DNA of 64,000 nucleotides from an uncultured Pseudomonadota bacterium (GTDB lineage Bacteria; Pseudomonadota; Alphaproteobacteria; RF32; CAG-239): NCBI GenBank assembly GCA_949295025.1, contig CASFJK010000005.1, positions 13,235 to 77,234 of the forward strand, read 5' to 3'. Shown piece by piece: positions 1 to 9,051 of this stretch (position 1 is its first letter; each line of letters starts with the position of its first letter). The notes under the pieces were generated by a model. It saw only the letters and a program-made list of their open reading frames with translations, ran no database searches and was not told where the DNA came from. The position numbers and the translations under genes were made by a program.

Positions 1-772
1 AAGATTAAGGGTTAAGTCTGCCTTAGAAGCATCTTTGGTCCAAGGGCTGCCACCGCCAATCGGACAAGCTGTAGAATAAAAATCGCAAGCAAGCTTACGA
101 CCGGTGATACCGCAATCGGCAATGGAAGAATGGTATGTATAAGCCCCTGTTCCGTTGATGATGATATTTTTTGGTGTTTCACCAAGTGTATCAATCACAA
201 ATCGGGTTAAATCTTCTTGTTTAAGCATTGGAACGGCAGCAATAGCCGTTTCAATTTTTCCGTCATCATCAAGAGTGATTTGGGTTTTGATATCTAAGCC
301 CAAATGGTCAGATTGCAAAGCCTTTTGATAAAGAGCGCGATTGAGTTTGCGTGCAAGATAAAGCTCATGATTTATCTGTCCTTCACCTTGGCAAGCATAA
401 CCGACAAACACGCCTTGGTCGCCCCATCCATCTTGTTCCACACCTTGGTTAATTTCGGCTGATTGCTGCCCTATGAGGTTAATCACCTTAATCTTGCTTG
501 GTTCAATGGCATATTTACCCCATATTTTGGCATAATTTTCAGAATATCCAACTTTTTCAAGAGCTTTCAAAACATAATCGTTGAGCTTGTCCAAAGACAC
601 GTTGCCTTTGATTTCACCGCCCAAGATAACGGTATTATCTTTGAGCATCACTTCAACGGCATATTTCACCGTTTTATCTTGCTCAATCATACGGTCCAAA
701 ATGTAGCTTGAAATATAATCGGAAGTTTTATCGGGATGTCCGAGCGACACCGCCTCTGCAGTTTTTTGCATA
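1..772 (-). CDS. metK: S-adenosylmethionine synthetase (partial; C-terminal end lies beyond the window start)
   Basis: Reverse-strand translation from the ATG at 770-772 gives MQKTAEAVSLGHPDKTSDYISSYILDRMIEQD...DQGVFVGYA..., which carries the GHPDK and DQG..GYA signatures of MetK. The ORF runs off the window edge. Confidence 0.75.
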
Positions 773-955
773 GTTTAGTCTCCTTGTTTAGTCCTCTGTT
801 GCGGGACAAGTCAGGTTAAATCCACATTTCAAAAGCTTGCGCTTTCATCTTTTATGATGCTCCTGACATCAGATAAAGTCAATATAAAAAAGATTGTATC
901 ATCACAAATTTTATGCTAAGTTTACTTTATAAAAAAACAACAAGGAAAAACAAGA

Positions 956-1870
956 ATGAAAACGCAAAAAGTATATTTAGATTATCTTCCTGAATATGAC
1001 ACTTACGGAATTTCTGATGAAAAAATCAAACAATTAAAAGAGGCCGGCATCACCCCGATTTTAGAACTTTCACAAGAAGACGCTCAAATTTTATCTGAAA
1101 AACAAAAAAACAATGAAAAGCAACCAACCATTGGTTTTTTAATGGGGCGTGAAAAAGGACATTACACCATCGACAGAGCCTACGTTCAAGCTTTGAGCCA
1201 AACCGGTGCCAAGTTGCGCTTTTTGACTTTTGAAGATAACCTCGCCCAAATGAACGATATTAATGGTTTGGTTCTCCCCGGTGGCGCTTTTGATTCGCCA
1301 AACGAGTTTTATACCGATCCTAACAAAAAAACCGACAACACACCGGGGACACGCTCTTATGCTTACATTTCTTCCATTGTTAAAGCCGAACAAAACAATA
1401 TTCCGATTTTAGGAATTTGTGCCGGAGCGCAAATGCTGGGCGGCATGCACCACATGAAAATGTACCGCAACCTTAAAGAATATACCCAAACATCAATTGA
1501 GCATAAAACCAAAGATTTAGAAGCACATGAGGTGTTTGTTTATCCGGATACCCCTTTGGCACAAATCTTGGGCGAAGGAAAAATGATTGTTAATTCCCGT
1601 CACAAAGAAGCTATGATGCCAAACGATAAAATCTCCGATATGAAAATTTATGCCTCATCTAAAGACGGCACACCCGAAGCTTGGGGCAATGCAGATAAAA
1701 ACATTCTCTGCATTCAATGGCATCCGGAAGACTTTGCTGTCAAAGGAAATAAAAAAATGCAAGATATTTATAATTGGTTGGTAACAAAAGCCAAAGAACA
1801 CCAACAAAAACAACAAATGAACAATATACTGAAACATCAAATGAAAAATTTTTTCTCGTGGTTAAAATGA
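956..1870 (+). CDS. Class I glutamine amidotransferase-like / peptidase C26 family hydrolase (gamma-glutamyl-GABA hydrolase-like)
   Basis: GICAGAQML (nucleophile Cys elbow) and IQWHPE (catalytic His) motifs of class I GATase / C26. The TGA stop overlaps the next ATG. Confidence 0.55.
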   Translation: MKTQKVYLDYLPEYDTYGISDEKIKQLKEAGITPILELSQEDAQILSEKQKNNEKQPTIGFLMGREKGHYTIDRAYVQALSQTGAKLRFLTFEDNLAQMNDINGLVLPGGAFDSPNEFYTDPNKKTDNTPGTRSYAYISSIVKAEQNNIPILGICAGAQMLGGMHHMKMYRNLKEYTQTSIEHKTKDLEAHEVFVYPDTPLAQILGEGKMIVNSRHKEAMMPNDKISDMKIYASSKDGTPEAWGNADKNILCIQWHPEDFAVKGNKKMQDIYNWLVTKAKEHQQKQQMNNILKHQMKNFFSWLK

Positions 1871-2469
1871 AGAAAACATATCTTACCTTACTCTTGATGG
1901 CAGGGCTAATCTGTGCCTGCTCTCAAACCAAAGAAGTAAATGGAACACTGCGTATGGGACACGAAGTTCGTTCTTTTACCGATGCTTCCAATCATAAAGA
2001 ATATTGGCTGATTGACAAATCACAAAGCCTTATGCCGGCTTATCAAAAAATCATTGGTCAAGAAGTTGCAGCTTATCAACCCATTCATGCCCGTTTACAA
2101 GTTAAAGACATCGGCAAACTTGAAGATGGTTTTGGCGCAGAATATGATGGCGGCTATGAAGTAAAAAAAATCATCGCCCTTTCCTATCCGCAGCTCTTGG
2201 GCGCTTGGATTGAAAATGTGCCCAATATACCTAATCTGAAACAAGGCTTCGTTTTGGAAGAAGATGGGACAGCCAAATCGGTCAATATGGCCACTTTGCA
2301 ATACAGCTCATGGCAACAAAACGGCAATGAACTGATTTTGAGCGGCAAAAGCATCGGCAATCAGCAAACGATTGACTTTACAGACCGCTATAAAATTCAA
2401 AAATTGACAGAAGAAACATTGGTTCTGCAATCAGGTTCCAGAACTTATACATATAAAAAGCAAAAATAA
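1867..2469 (+). CDS. Lipoprotein of unknown function
   Basis: ATGA overlap with the upstream stop. N-terminus MKKTYLTLLLMAGLICACS carries a lipobox-like signal (LICAC). Confidence 0.5.
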   Translation: MKKTYLTLLLMAGLICACSQTKEVNGTLRMGHEVRSFTDASNHKEYWLIDKSQSLMPAYQKIIGQEVAAYQPIHARLQVKDIGKLEDGFGAEYDGGYEVKKIIALSYPQLLGAWIENVPNIPNLKQGFVLEEDGTAKSVNMATLQYSSWQQNGNELILSGKSIGNQQTIDFTDRYKIQKLTEETLVLQSGSRTYTYKKQK

Positions 2470-3053
2470 TGACTGAAAATTACCTAGAAAAATCACAAGA
2501 AAATCAAAAACGTGCCTGGGAAGTGGTAAGAAAATCGCGTCTTGTACCGCTTTGGGAAGGCATTGGCGCTAAGGTTAATCTGGTTGGTTCCTTAAAAATC
2601 GGTGTTTTGGGCAAACACTTGGATATTGATTTTCATATCTACACACCGGAGCTCAAGCTTGGTCAAAGTTTTGATATAATGGCACAAATTGCAGAAAATT
2701 TGAGTGCAAAATCTTGCCAATTTATCAATTCTGCTACGACGGAAGAAAAATGTTTTGAATGGCACCTCACCTGTGCCGATTCTGACAATCAGCTTTGGCA
2801 AATTGACATCATCCAAATCAAACAAGGCTCAAAATATGATGGTTGGTTTGAAAACATTGCCGAAAAGATAAAAGCCGCTATGACAGAAGAACAAAAACAA
2901 ACCATACTAAGACTCAAGTTTGAAACACCTGAAAACATCAAAATCAGCGGTATGGAATATTACAAAGCAGTTATCCAAGACAATGTCAAAAATATGGATG
3001 AGTTGCTGGAATGGCAAGAGAAGCACCATTTTTCAGGTATAATTGAGTGGTAA
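2469..3053 (+). CDS. Pol-beta-superfamily nucleotidyltransferase-fold protein
   Basis: LVGSLKIGVLGKHLDIDFHIY matches the hG[GS]x9-13 DhD nucleotidyltransferase motif. Start overlaps the upstream stop (ATGA). Confidence 0.4.
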   Translation: MTENYLEKSQENQKRAWEVVRKSRLVPLWEGIGAKVNLVGSLKIGVLGKHLDIDFHIYTPELKLGQSFDIMAQIAENLSAKSCQFINSATTEEKCFEWHLTCADSDNQLWQIDIIQIKQGSKYDGWFENIAEKIKAAMTEEQKQTILRLKFETPENIKISGMEYYKAVIQDNVKNMDELLEWQEKHHFSGIIEW

Positions 3054-3197
3054 AAGTTTTTGTCAATTTTGTCTTGACTTTTATATTTTATCTGTTTAGG
3101 ATTAAAAACATTCAATAAGTAATTAATAAATTATTAACCTTTTTCGGGACGTAGGAGCGCCCCTTTCTTTAGTTTTCTCTAAAGATAAAAAAATACC

Positions 3198-3467
3198 ATG
3201 TCTAAAAAACAAACAAATACCAAAATGGTTGATGCAACTCAGGCTGGTTTAGAAAAGTTCCGTCGTTATGCTGTGCCTCGTAGAATAGAATTGGACGAGA
3301 AAACGTATAGCATTCGGTCGGTTACTCACCGCAACAAAACAAGCCGATTGGAAGTAATCAACGCCAGTTGCAACGGAAAAAACGGCTGGGTTGTAAACAT
3401 AGCCAACCGTCAACGTAAATTTGTGACAACTGACGATGGCTATTTTGTATCTTCAAAAGTAGAATGA
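3198..3467 (+). CDS. Hypothetical small basic protein (89 aa)
   Basis: ORF with a lysine-rich N-terminus. Possible TTGTCA-16-TATATT promoter about 110 nt upstream. No recognisable motifs. Confidence 0.35.
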   Translation: MSKKQTNTKMVDATQAGLEKFRRYAVPRRIELDEKTYSIRSVTHRNKTSRLEVINASCNGKNGWVVNIANRQRKFVTTDDGYFVSSKVE

Positions 3468-3535
3468 AATATTAATCTAGCTATGAAAATTGAAAGCGTT
3501 GATTTGTCGGGAGACAAACAACGCTTTTTTATTCA

Positions 3536-3757
3536 TCATTTGATTGTATCAAGAATGCAAAGAACAAAAACAAACGCAATCACATAAAACCCCATCAAGC
3601 TAACTGCAACATTAGAACATATCTCATTTCCGTAACTATCATAATGTATCACTTCACGGCGTTTATCACGATAATAATCAATAATCAATCCGACAATCAA
3701 ACAAACAACAAAGCCACAAGCGGCAACAATGTAAAAAATCTTTTCCATAATACGCAA
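3536..3757 (-). CDS. Hypothetical small membrane protein (two predicted TM helices)
   Basis: 73 aa ORF with two hydrophobic segments separated by a DYYRDKRRE loop. Confidence 0.3.
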   Translation of the reverse strand: MRIMEKIFYIVAACGFVVCLIVGLIIDYYRDKRREVIHYDSYGNEICSNVAVSLMGFYVIAFVFVLCILDTIK

Positions 3758-3915
3758 TGATTAAAATTAATAATAAAATTTTGTAGAATTTGATAAAACA
3801 CAAAGCAAACAAAAAGTCAAGAAAATCAATACACAAACGAAGATATTGACAAAATAGAAAAAACGTATAATGTATCTAACAATAAAAATATTATTAACTT
3901 TTAAATTATCTTGTT

Positions 3916-4233
3916 ATGAAAAGGATTATGTTTTGGGCAACATTGTTATTGTCCTTTGTGTTTGTAAGCTCAGCTCAAGCACAAGAAAATGAGAAAAAGA
4001 TCAGAGCAGCTGCAACTTCCGTTACTTCTCGTACTCCGGGAATTGATGGTGCAAACAATGTGAAGGAGTTTTCAAACGGAGAAACCAAACTTATGGTTAC
4101 AAAAAACGCCTCTAAACGAAAACGGAAAGAAGCTGTAAAATTGAGTTATGACCTTTACAAAAAAGGGGAGATAACTTACGAAGAACATTTGTCTCTTACT
4201 AAGGATTTAGATTGTAAACCTGGCAAAAAATGA
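3916..4233 (+). CDS. Hypothetical secreted protein
   Basis: N-terminal signal peptide MKRIMFWATLLLSFVFVSSAQA followed by a charged, K/E-rich mature region. Followed by a hairpin terminator. Confidence 0.45.
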   Translation: MKRIMFWATLLLSFVFVSSAQAQENEKKIRAAATSVTSRTPGIDGANNVKEFSNGETKLMVTKNASKRKRKEAVKLSYDLYKKGEITYEEHLSLTKDLDCKPGKK

Positions 4234-4244
4234 CAATTTCTATC

Positions 4245-4280
4245 AAAAAAGGAGGATTTCCATCGAAATCCCCCTTTTTT
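4245..4280. terminator. Rho-independent bidirectional terminator; copy 1 of the dispersed GGAGGATTTC...GAAATCCCC palindrome family
   Basis: aaaaaaGGAGGATTTCcatcGAAATCCCCCtttttt: a GC stem flanked by an A-run and a T-run. Confidence 0.7.
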
Positions 4281-4647
4281 ATTTGTCTTGACAGTTTTTA
4301 GGCTCTTGATACCACTTATCGCAGTATAAATCTGCCAAATTTTTTCTCGTAAAAGTACGAGCAATAAACTGCCGACGATAAATCGGCTTTTCCGATTTAA
4401 CACTAAACTTTCTTCTGGTCTCCTTCAATGTTGCCGCATGTGCTTTCAATTTTCCTCTTTGAAGGCAACGTAAGCAACATTCCTCGACACTAATCACTTG
4501 TCTGGCTCCATTGATGGAAAGACCTAGTAAAAACTGGTGATATTCAGCATTTACTATTCTCTCTAAAATGCACCACTTTAACTTTTCTTTAGGCACATTA
4601 AAATGCTTAGAAAAAAACTCTAAGCTTGAAAAATCTATTTTACTCAT
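4279..4647 (-). pseudogene. IS1595-family (ISXO2-like) transposase N-terminal fragment
   Basis: 122 aa ORF MSKIDFSSLEFFSKHFNVPKEKLKWCILERIV...CCLRCLQRGKLKAHAATLKETRRKFSVKSEKPIYRRQ. It resembles the N-terminal zinc-ribbon/HTH region of IS1595 transposases, which begin with a zinc-ribbon (C..C) and HTH region similar to this. It lacks the about 200 aa DDE catalytic domain. Confidence 0.35.
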
Positions 4648-4801
4648 AATTAAATAATTATATATTATAGACAAAAATATATAACATATTTCATGCTTTT
4701 TGTCAACAAACATATTTAATGCTTTGTCTTAAATATTTTTTGACAAATGGCACTTATCATTACACAATATTATATATGAGGAAAATATAAGGGACTCCGT
4801 T

Positions 4802-6367
4802 ATGGAAGAAAACACAAATAATAATCCGCCCAGAAAAAAACGACCACGCATTCAGCGTCCTCGCATTCAGCCGCAAACATTTACATTACCCATGTTTACG
4901 GACAGACAAAACCGTGAGCATATTGAACCGCAAAAAAGATTAAGTTTGGTTGAAGCTCTGCAAAATTTGGTCAAAAAACCCGAAGAATTTTGCCGCACCA
5001 ATCCGCAAATGGTTAAGAATATTCTTAGCAAAATTGTTTCCGAATATGATATTGCCAAAGTATCAAGCGGAGATATTCTAACTTTGGTAAAAAAGTATGA
5101 AAATGCCATTGAAAGAAAATATATCACGTCAGCGGCACGCCAAGATATTCAAAACCTTCTCTCTGCAAACCCGCGCCCACTTCTCGAAAGAGACAATAAA
5201 ATTCGTTTGGAATGTATGGAACAACTAAAAAAATTGTCAGAGAAAAAAGAAATCACACCTGAACAATATCAATATTTACATAAGACTTATTTTTCGGACA
5301 TTATCTCAAAAGACAATCTGCCCCATGCACAAGTTTCTCAAATGTTACGTTGCATGGCTTCAGGAAAATTTTATGCTCCAATCGGTCCTGATAGAAAAAT
5401 AGATAGAAAAAAATTTTCTCCAACATTTCTAAAAATTTTGAACCAAAAGAAAAAATCTAACATTTCAGCCAAAATTGAAGATTACGACTTTTTCGGCTTA
5501 GATAAAAATAAGCAACCCAAATCAAAAGTTTGGTATGCTGTTAAAGATAGTCGTAATTTTCAAAAACTCAAAAATATCATTGCCAAACGCTGCATAGAAA
5601 AAGGTATCGCTCCAGAACAAGCTTACAATCTTAATCCTGCAGATTTGTGGATGCTACTAGCAAAAGATATTGAAAAGACAAAACCCATTCCGTTTTCTTC
5701 TCTTTGCAAAGATGCCAATCCGGCACCATTTGAAGAATTTTCCGTTAAACTTGGTCAAATATTATCAATTGGCGGTGCCTTAGAAATGAAACAAGAACAA
5801 ACAATAAATCTCTGGTTAAAACATTTTGCCTCTAAGCAAGAAAAAGAAGATTTTACAAATAAATATTCTCCCGACTTCAAATTGTTTATCCAAAGATGTG
5901 AACGCATTTATCAAAAGCTGGAACAAGATTTCAAACAAAATCACATCAATCCCAAATTTATGTCACTCTGGGTAGAAAGTATGCTCAAAAACAAAAGCAT
6001 CAATCCCTCTTTGGTTGATTGTCCGAGAAAACCTTATAAAATAGACATTCACCACTGGGATAGATTATCCTCTCTGCAAGATGGTGATAATCCAGCCAAG
6101 AAAAACAATCTGGATAACTTTGGTGTGATGATAATGTATCATGACTATAGTTTTGATATTCATGCTCAAGAACACCAAGGAGAAAGCGCTCATTTTGTTC
6201 TGGCAAACAGAGAACAAACAACCATGAACAAAGACCGTCGTTTTCTCTTTGCTACCTCAAATTGCCTTTACATTAGCGATAATATAATGTATGAAGCATC
6301 AGATTATGCTCCTTTGAATAAAGAAGCTTCATCTCACAACTTAACCATAGACAAACAAAGAGCCTAA
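4802..6367 (+). CDS. Hypothetical 521 aa protein with a tandem basic NLS-like N-terminus (PRKKRPRIQRPRIQ)
   Basis: Long ORF, first of a 4-gene plus-strand operon with intergenic gaps of 3-15 nt. N-terminal direct repeat RPRIQ-RPRIQ preceded by PRKKRP. No recognisable catalytic motifs. Confidence 0.55.
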   Translation: MEENTNNNPPRKKRPRIQRPRIQPQTFTLPMFTDRQNREHIEPQKRLSLVEALQNLVKKPEEFCRTNPQMVKNILSKIVSEYDIAKVSSGDILTLVKKYENAIERKYITSAARQDIQNLLSANPRPLLERDNKIRLECMEQLKKLSEKKEITPEQYQYLHKTYFSDIISKDNLPHAQVSQMLRCMASGKFYAPIGPDRKIDRKKFSPTFLKILNQKKKSNISAKIEDYDFFGLDKNKQPKSKVWYAVKDSRNFQKLKNIIAKRCIEKGIAPEQAYNLNPADLWMLLAKDIEKTKPIPFSSLCKDANPAPFEEFSVKLGQILSIGGALEMKQEQTINLWLKHFASKQEKEDFTNKYSPDFKLFIQRCERIYQKLEQDFKQNHINPKFMSLWVESMLKNKSINPSLVDCPRKPYKIDIHHWDRLSSLQDGDNPAKKNNLDNFGVMIMYHDYSFDIHAQEHQGESAHFVLANREQTTMNKDRRFLFATSNCLYISDNIMYEASDYAPLNKEASSHNLTIDKQRA

Positions 6368-6370
6368 TTC

Positions 6371-6775
6371 ATGAACCAAGCTGTAGAAGAATATCACAGA
6401 AAGCGCAGAGCTTTTATTATCTTGCCCCAAGTTGGCATAATTATCGGCGAACATGGACAACCCCACTCACATCGCGAAATTTTAAAACATATCGGCTGCT
6501 CTGATGAGCAGATATCGCATATTTTAGAAAACTACCCACGCGGCTATTTTCTAAACAACAAACTTGTCATGTACCAATCTGATGATATGAAAGAAGGAGA
6601 AAGTTGGCAGCTCCAACCGGAGAATTATGAGCTTGTAAAAAAATATTTCCGCGACTTGAAAAAAATCTTCGACCTCAACACACAAAGCCAAATATTTTTA
6701 GGCGTATCTCGCGGCAAAGAAGGTGAAATCTGGCCAACAATTAACGAAGTTGATTTAGATTTTTTTAATGAGTAA
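6371..6775 (+). CDS. Hypothetical protein (134 aa)
   Basis: ORF starting 3 nt after the upstream stop. No recognisable motifs. Confidence 0.45.
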   Translation: MNQAVEEYHRKRRAFIILPQVGIIIGEHGQPHSHREILKHIGCSDEQISHILENYPRGYFLNNKLVMYQSDDMKEGESWQLQPENYELVKKYFRDLKKIFDLNTQSQIFLGVSRGKEGEIWPTINEVDLDFFNE

Positions 6776-6780
6776 AGAGT

Positions 6781-7656
6781 ATGAAAATAAAGGCTTTTAT
6801 CCTTATTTTATGTATCATTACCGCAATAGCAATTTATACTTACCGAAACAATATGGTACAAAAATTATATCGCATAACCTTAGACAAAGACTGTGAAGTC
6901 GGCGTTGCGGTTATCCATGGCAACAAACATTGGCTCCTAAATAATGATAAAAGCTATCCCTTGATGAGTGTATTCAAAATCTTTGTTGCTGCTGCCGTTT
7001 TAGAAAAAACAGAAAAAGAAAATACTCCATTAAACAGCCCTATCATTATCACACCGGATATAATTTATCCGACCTATAGCCCGCTACGAGATAAAATCAA
7101 GCAATATCCCTACCAAAGCTCGATTGAAGAATTACTTACCTATATGCTCGCACAAAGTGATAATATCGCCACAGATGTTCTTATATCTTATTTAGGCGGC
7201 ATTGATAAACTCAATCAATTTATTTCATCAGCAGGCTTTCCTCAGATAACTATCAAAGTCAATGAAAAACAAATGAGTGAAGATATTCAAACTCAAAAAT
7301 TGAATGTTGCTCATCCTCAGGATATTGCCTTATTTTTGAAAGCTATTAATGACGGAAAAATTCTTTCAGCAAAACAGGCAGAAGTTTTCAGAAATATCCT
7401 GAAACAAACACAGACCGGTCTAAACAAACTCAAGGCAGGATTACCAAACAACGTTGTTATCGGACACAAAACCGGCTCTTCCGACCGAGATAACAATGAG
7501 GTTAAAATCGGCGATAATGATACCGGATTTGTCGTTCTTCCTAATGGCGAAATTTATTACATTGTAGTAATGATTAAAAATTCAAAAATGAGTGACGACC
7601 AAAATGCCAATCTCATCTCCCAAATTTCTAAACTTGTTTATGAAAAACTAAAATAA
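6781..7656 (+). CDS. Class A beta-lactamase-fold serine hydrolase
   Basis: SVFK (S-x-x-K), SDN (AQSDNIATD) and KTG (GHKTGSS) motifs in canonical order and spacing. N-terminal hydrophobic signal/anchor. Confidence 0.75.
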   Translation: MKIKAFILILCIITAIAIYTYRNNMVQKLYRITLDKDCEVGVAVIHGNKHWLLNNDKSYPLMSVFKIFVAAAVLEKTEKENTPLNSPIIITPDIIYPTYSPLRDKIKQYPYQSSIEELLTYMLAQSDNIATDVLISYLGGIDKLNQFISSAGFPQITIKVNEKQMSEDIQTQKLNVAHPQDIALFLKAINDGKILSAKQAEVFRNILKQTQTGLNKLKAGLPNNVVIGHKTGSSDRDNNEVKIGDNDTGFVVLPNGEIYYIVVMIKNSKMSDDQNANLISQISKLVYEKLK

Positions 7657-7670
7657 GATACGGAGTAAAT

Positions 7671-8207
7671 ATGAAACTAACGGAAGCGCGCGACCAAAAA
7701 CTTTTAGCCCAAATTCAAACTTTATATTTTGAGGCTTTTCCAAAAGAAGAAAGAAAACCCTTTTCTCTTCTGCTGGAAACCAGAGAAAAAGGACAAAGCG
7801 AAATTTTGGCAATAGAAAATGAACATAATGACTTTTTAGGCTTAGCAATTACGGCAAAACATAAAGACATGGTTTTGTTAGATTATTTTGCCATTTCATC
7901 ACAGCAACGCAGCTCCGGCATCGGCTCAAAAGCTTTTCAAAACATAAAACAGCGCTATGCTGACAAACGCTTCTTTTTAGAAATCGAGCGCACGGATATA
8001 GCCGCCAATAATCAAGTTCAACGACAAAAAAGAAAGAATTTTTATCTTAAAAACGGCATGCAAAATGCCCCCTTCATGGTAGATTTATTTGGTGTTGAAA
8101 TGGAAATTTTGGCTCATAATTGCCAACTGGAATACGAAGAATATTTCAACCTTTATCACACGCTGTTTGGCAACTACATCTCCCAACACATTCATTTGGT
8201 AAAATGA
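7671..8207 (+). CDS. GNAT family N-acetyltransferase
   Basis: Motif A-like QQRSSGIGSKAFQ and the overall GNAT pattern. Last gene of the operon, followed by a terminator. Confidence 0.6.
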   Translation: MKLTEARDQKLLAQIQTLYFEAFPKEERKPFSLLLETREKGQSEILAIENEHNDFLGLAITAKHKDMVLLDYFAISSQQRSSGIGSKAFQNIKQRYADKRFFLEIERTDIAANNQVQRQKRKNFYLKNGMQNAPFMVDLFGVEMEILAHNCQLEYEEYFNLYHTLFGNYISQHIHLVK

Positions 8208-8233
8208 AAAAATCAGCCGCGCCATAAACAAAC

Positions 8234-8267
8234 AAAAAAACCAGCCTCAAAGGCTGGCTTTTTTTCT
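8234..8267. terminator. Rho-independent terminator
   Basis: aaaaaaaCCAGCCtcaaaGGCTGGcttttttt. Confidence 0.7.
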
Positions 8268-8270
8268 TTT

Positions 8271-8347
<77 letters not shown>

Positions 8348-8642
8348 ATAAGTTATCGCTCATCGCGAACATCCCCTATTTACTCTTTTTTAACCATACT
8401 GTCAAGCAAAAATTTTATATTTTTTTATAAAAAATACAAATATTCATCAACTTTTTCTTAAAAAATCGGGTTATAAGCCCATTGCAACAAAGCCTGTCTT
8501 TGTCTTGGACGACAAAACAAATCACCAATCAGACAATTTTGTTCAACTTGCGCTTTGTGCCGCTTAAAAGCTTTCCATCGTTTAATTTGCAAAGCATCAA
8601 CTTCCGACAAACGCCTACCCATATAATAGCGACAATACCACT

Positions 8643-8997
8643 GAAACCATCCGCAATTTAGAAGCTGAAGGAATCACAATCGACAAACCTACCGGCAACT
8701 GGAAAAAGCCGACCAAAGCCGGTGCAGCCGGTGCGTTGAACTTACTCCCCGGTGTCGGCAATTTTTATCTTGCCGCCGGCAATGCCGGAGACAGCGACCA
8801 ATATCTTTATGGCTTTCTCAATCTGCTAACCTGACCGATTTCCGTCATTTGGGGAATTCCTGAAGCCGCTATCGATGCCAATAGCATTAATGAAAGAGAA
8901 CTTGTTTATTTTTACACTTATGATGAAGCCGGACAACTTGCTCTTGCCCAACGTGGCTTCAAGCTCACCGCTACCGGCAGACTGGAAAGAATTAAAT
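8643..8997 (+). pseudogene. GC-rich gene remnant: 5'-truncated, with an in-frame TGA at 8832-8834
   Basis: A continuous frame encodes ...[117 protein letters not shown]. There is no start codon upstream in frame. GC is well above the surroundings. Confidence 0.4.
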
Positions 8998-9051
8998 AAT
9001 ATACAAAAAAGCGGGCTTCAAAAGAAGTCCGCTTTTTTTATTTTTTTTGAT

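Noticed and set aside
8458-8625. 55-codon minus-strand ORF beginning [16 protein letters not shown]…, considered as a possible integrase N-terminal fragment next to tRNA-fMet.
   Set aside because: Beyond the MGRR start, the similarity to lambda-type or P4-type integrase N-termini is not convincing and there is no catalytic domain. I keep it only as a note within the degraded-region finding.
8832-8834. In-frame TGA inside the GC-rich remnant, which could indicate UGA recoding (Trp or Sec).
   Set aside because: Many clearly intact genes in the window terminate with TGA, for example the 956-1870 gene, whose TGA overlaps the next ATG. So TGA is a genuine stop here. Loss of the start codon as well points to a pseudogene rather than recoding.
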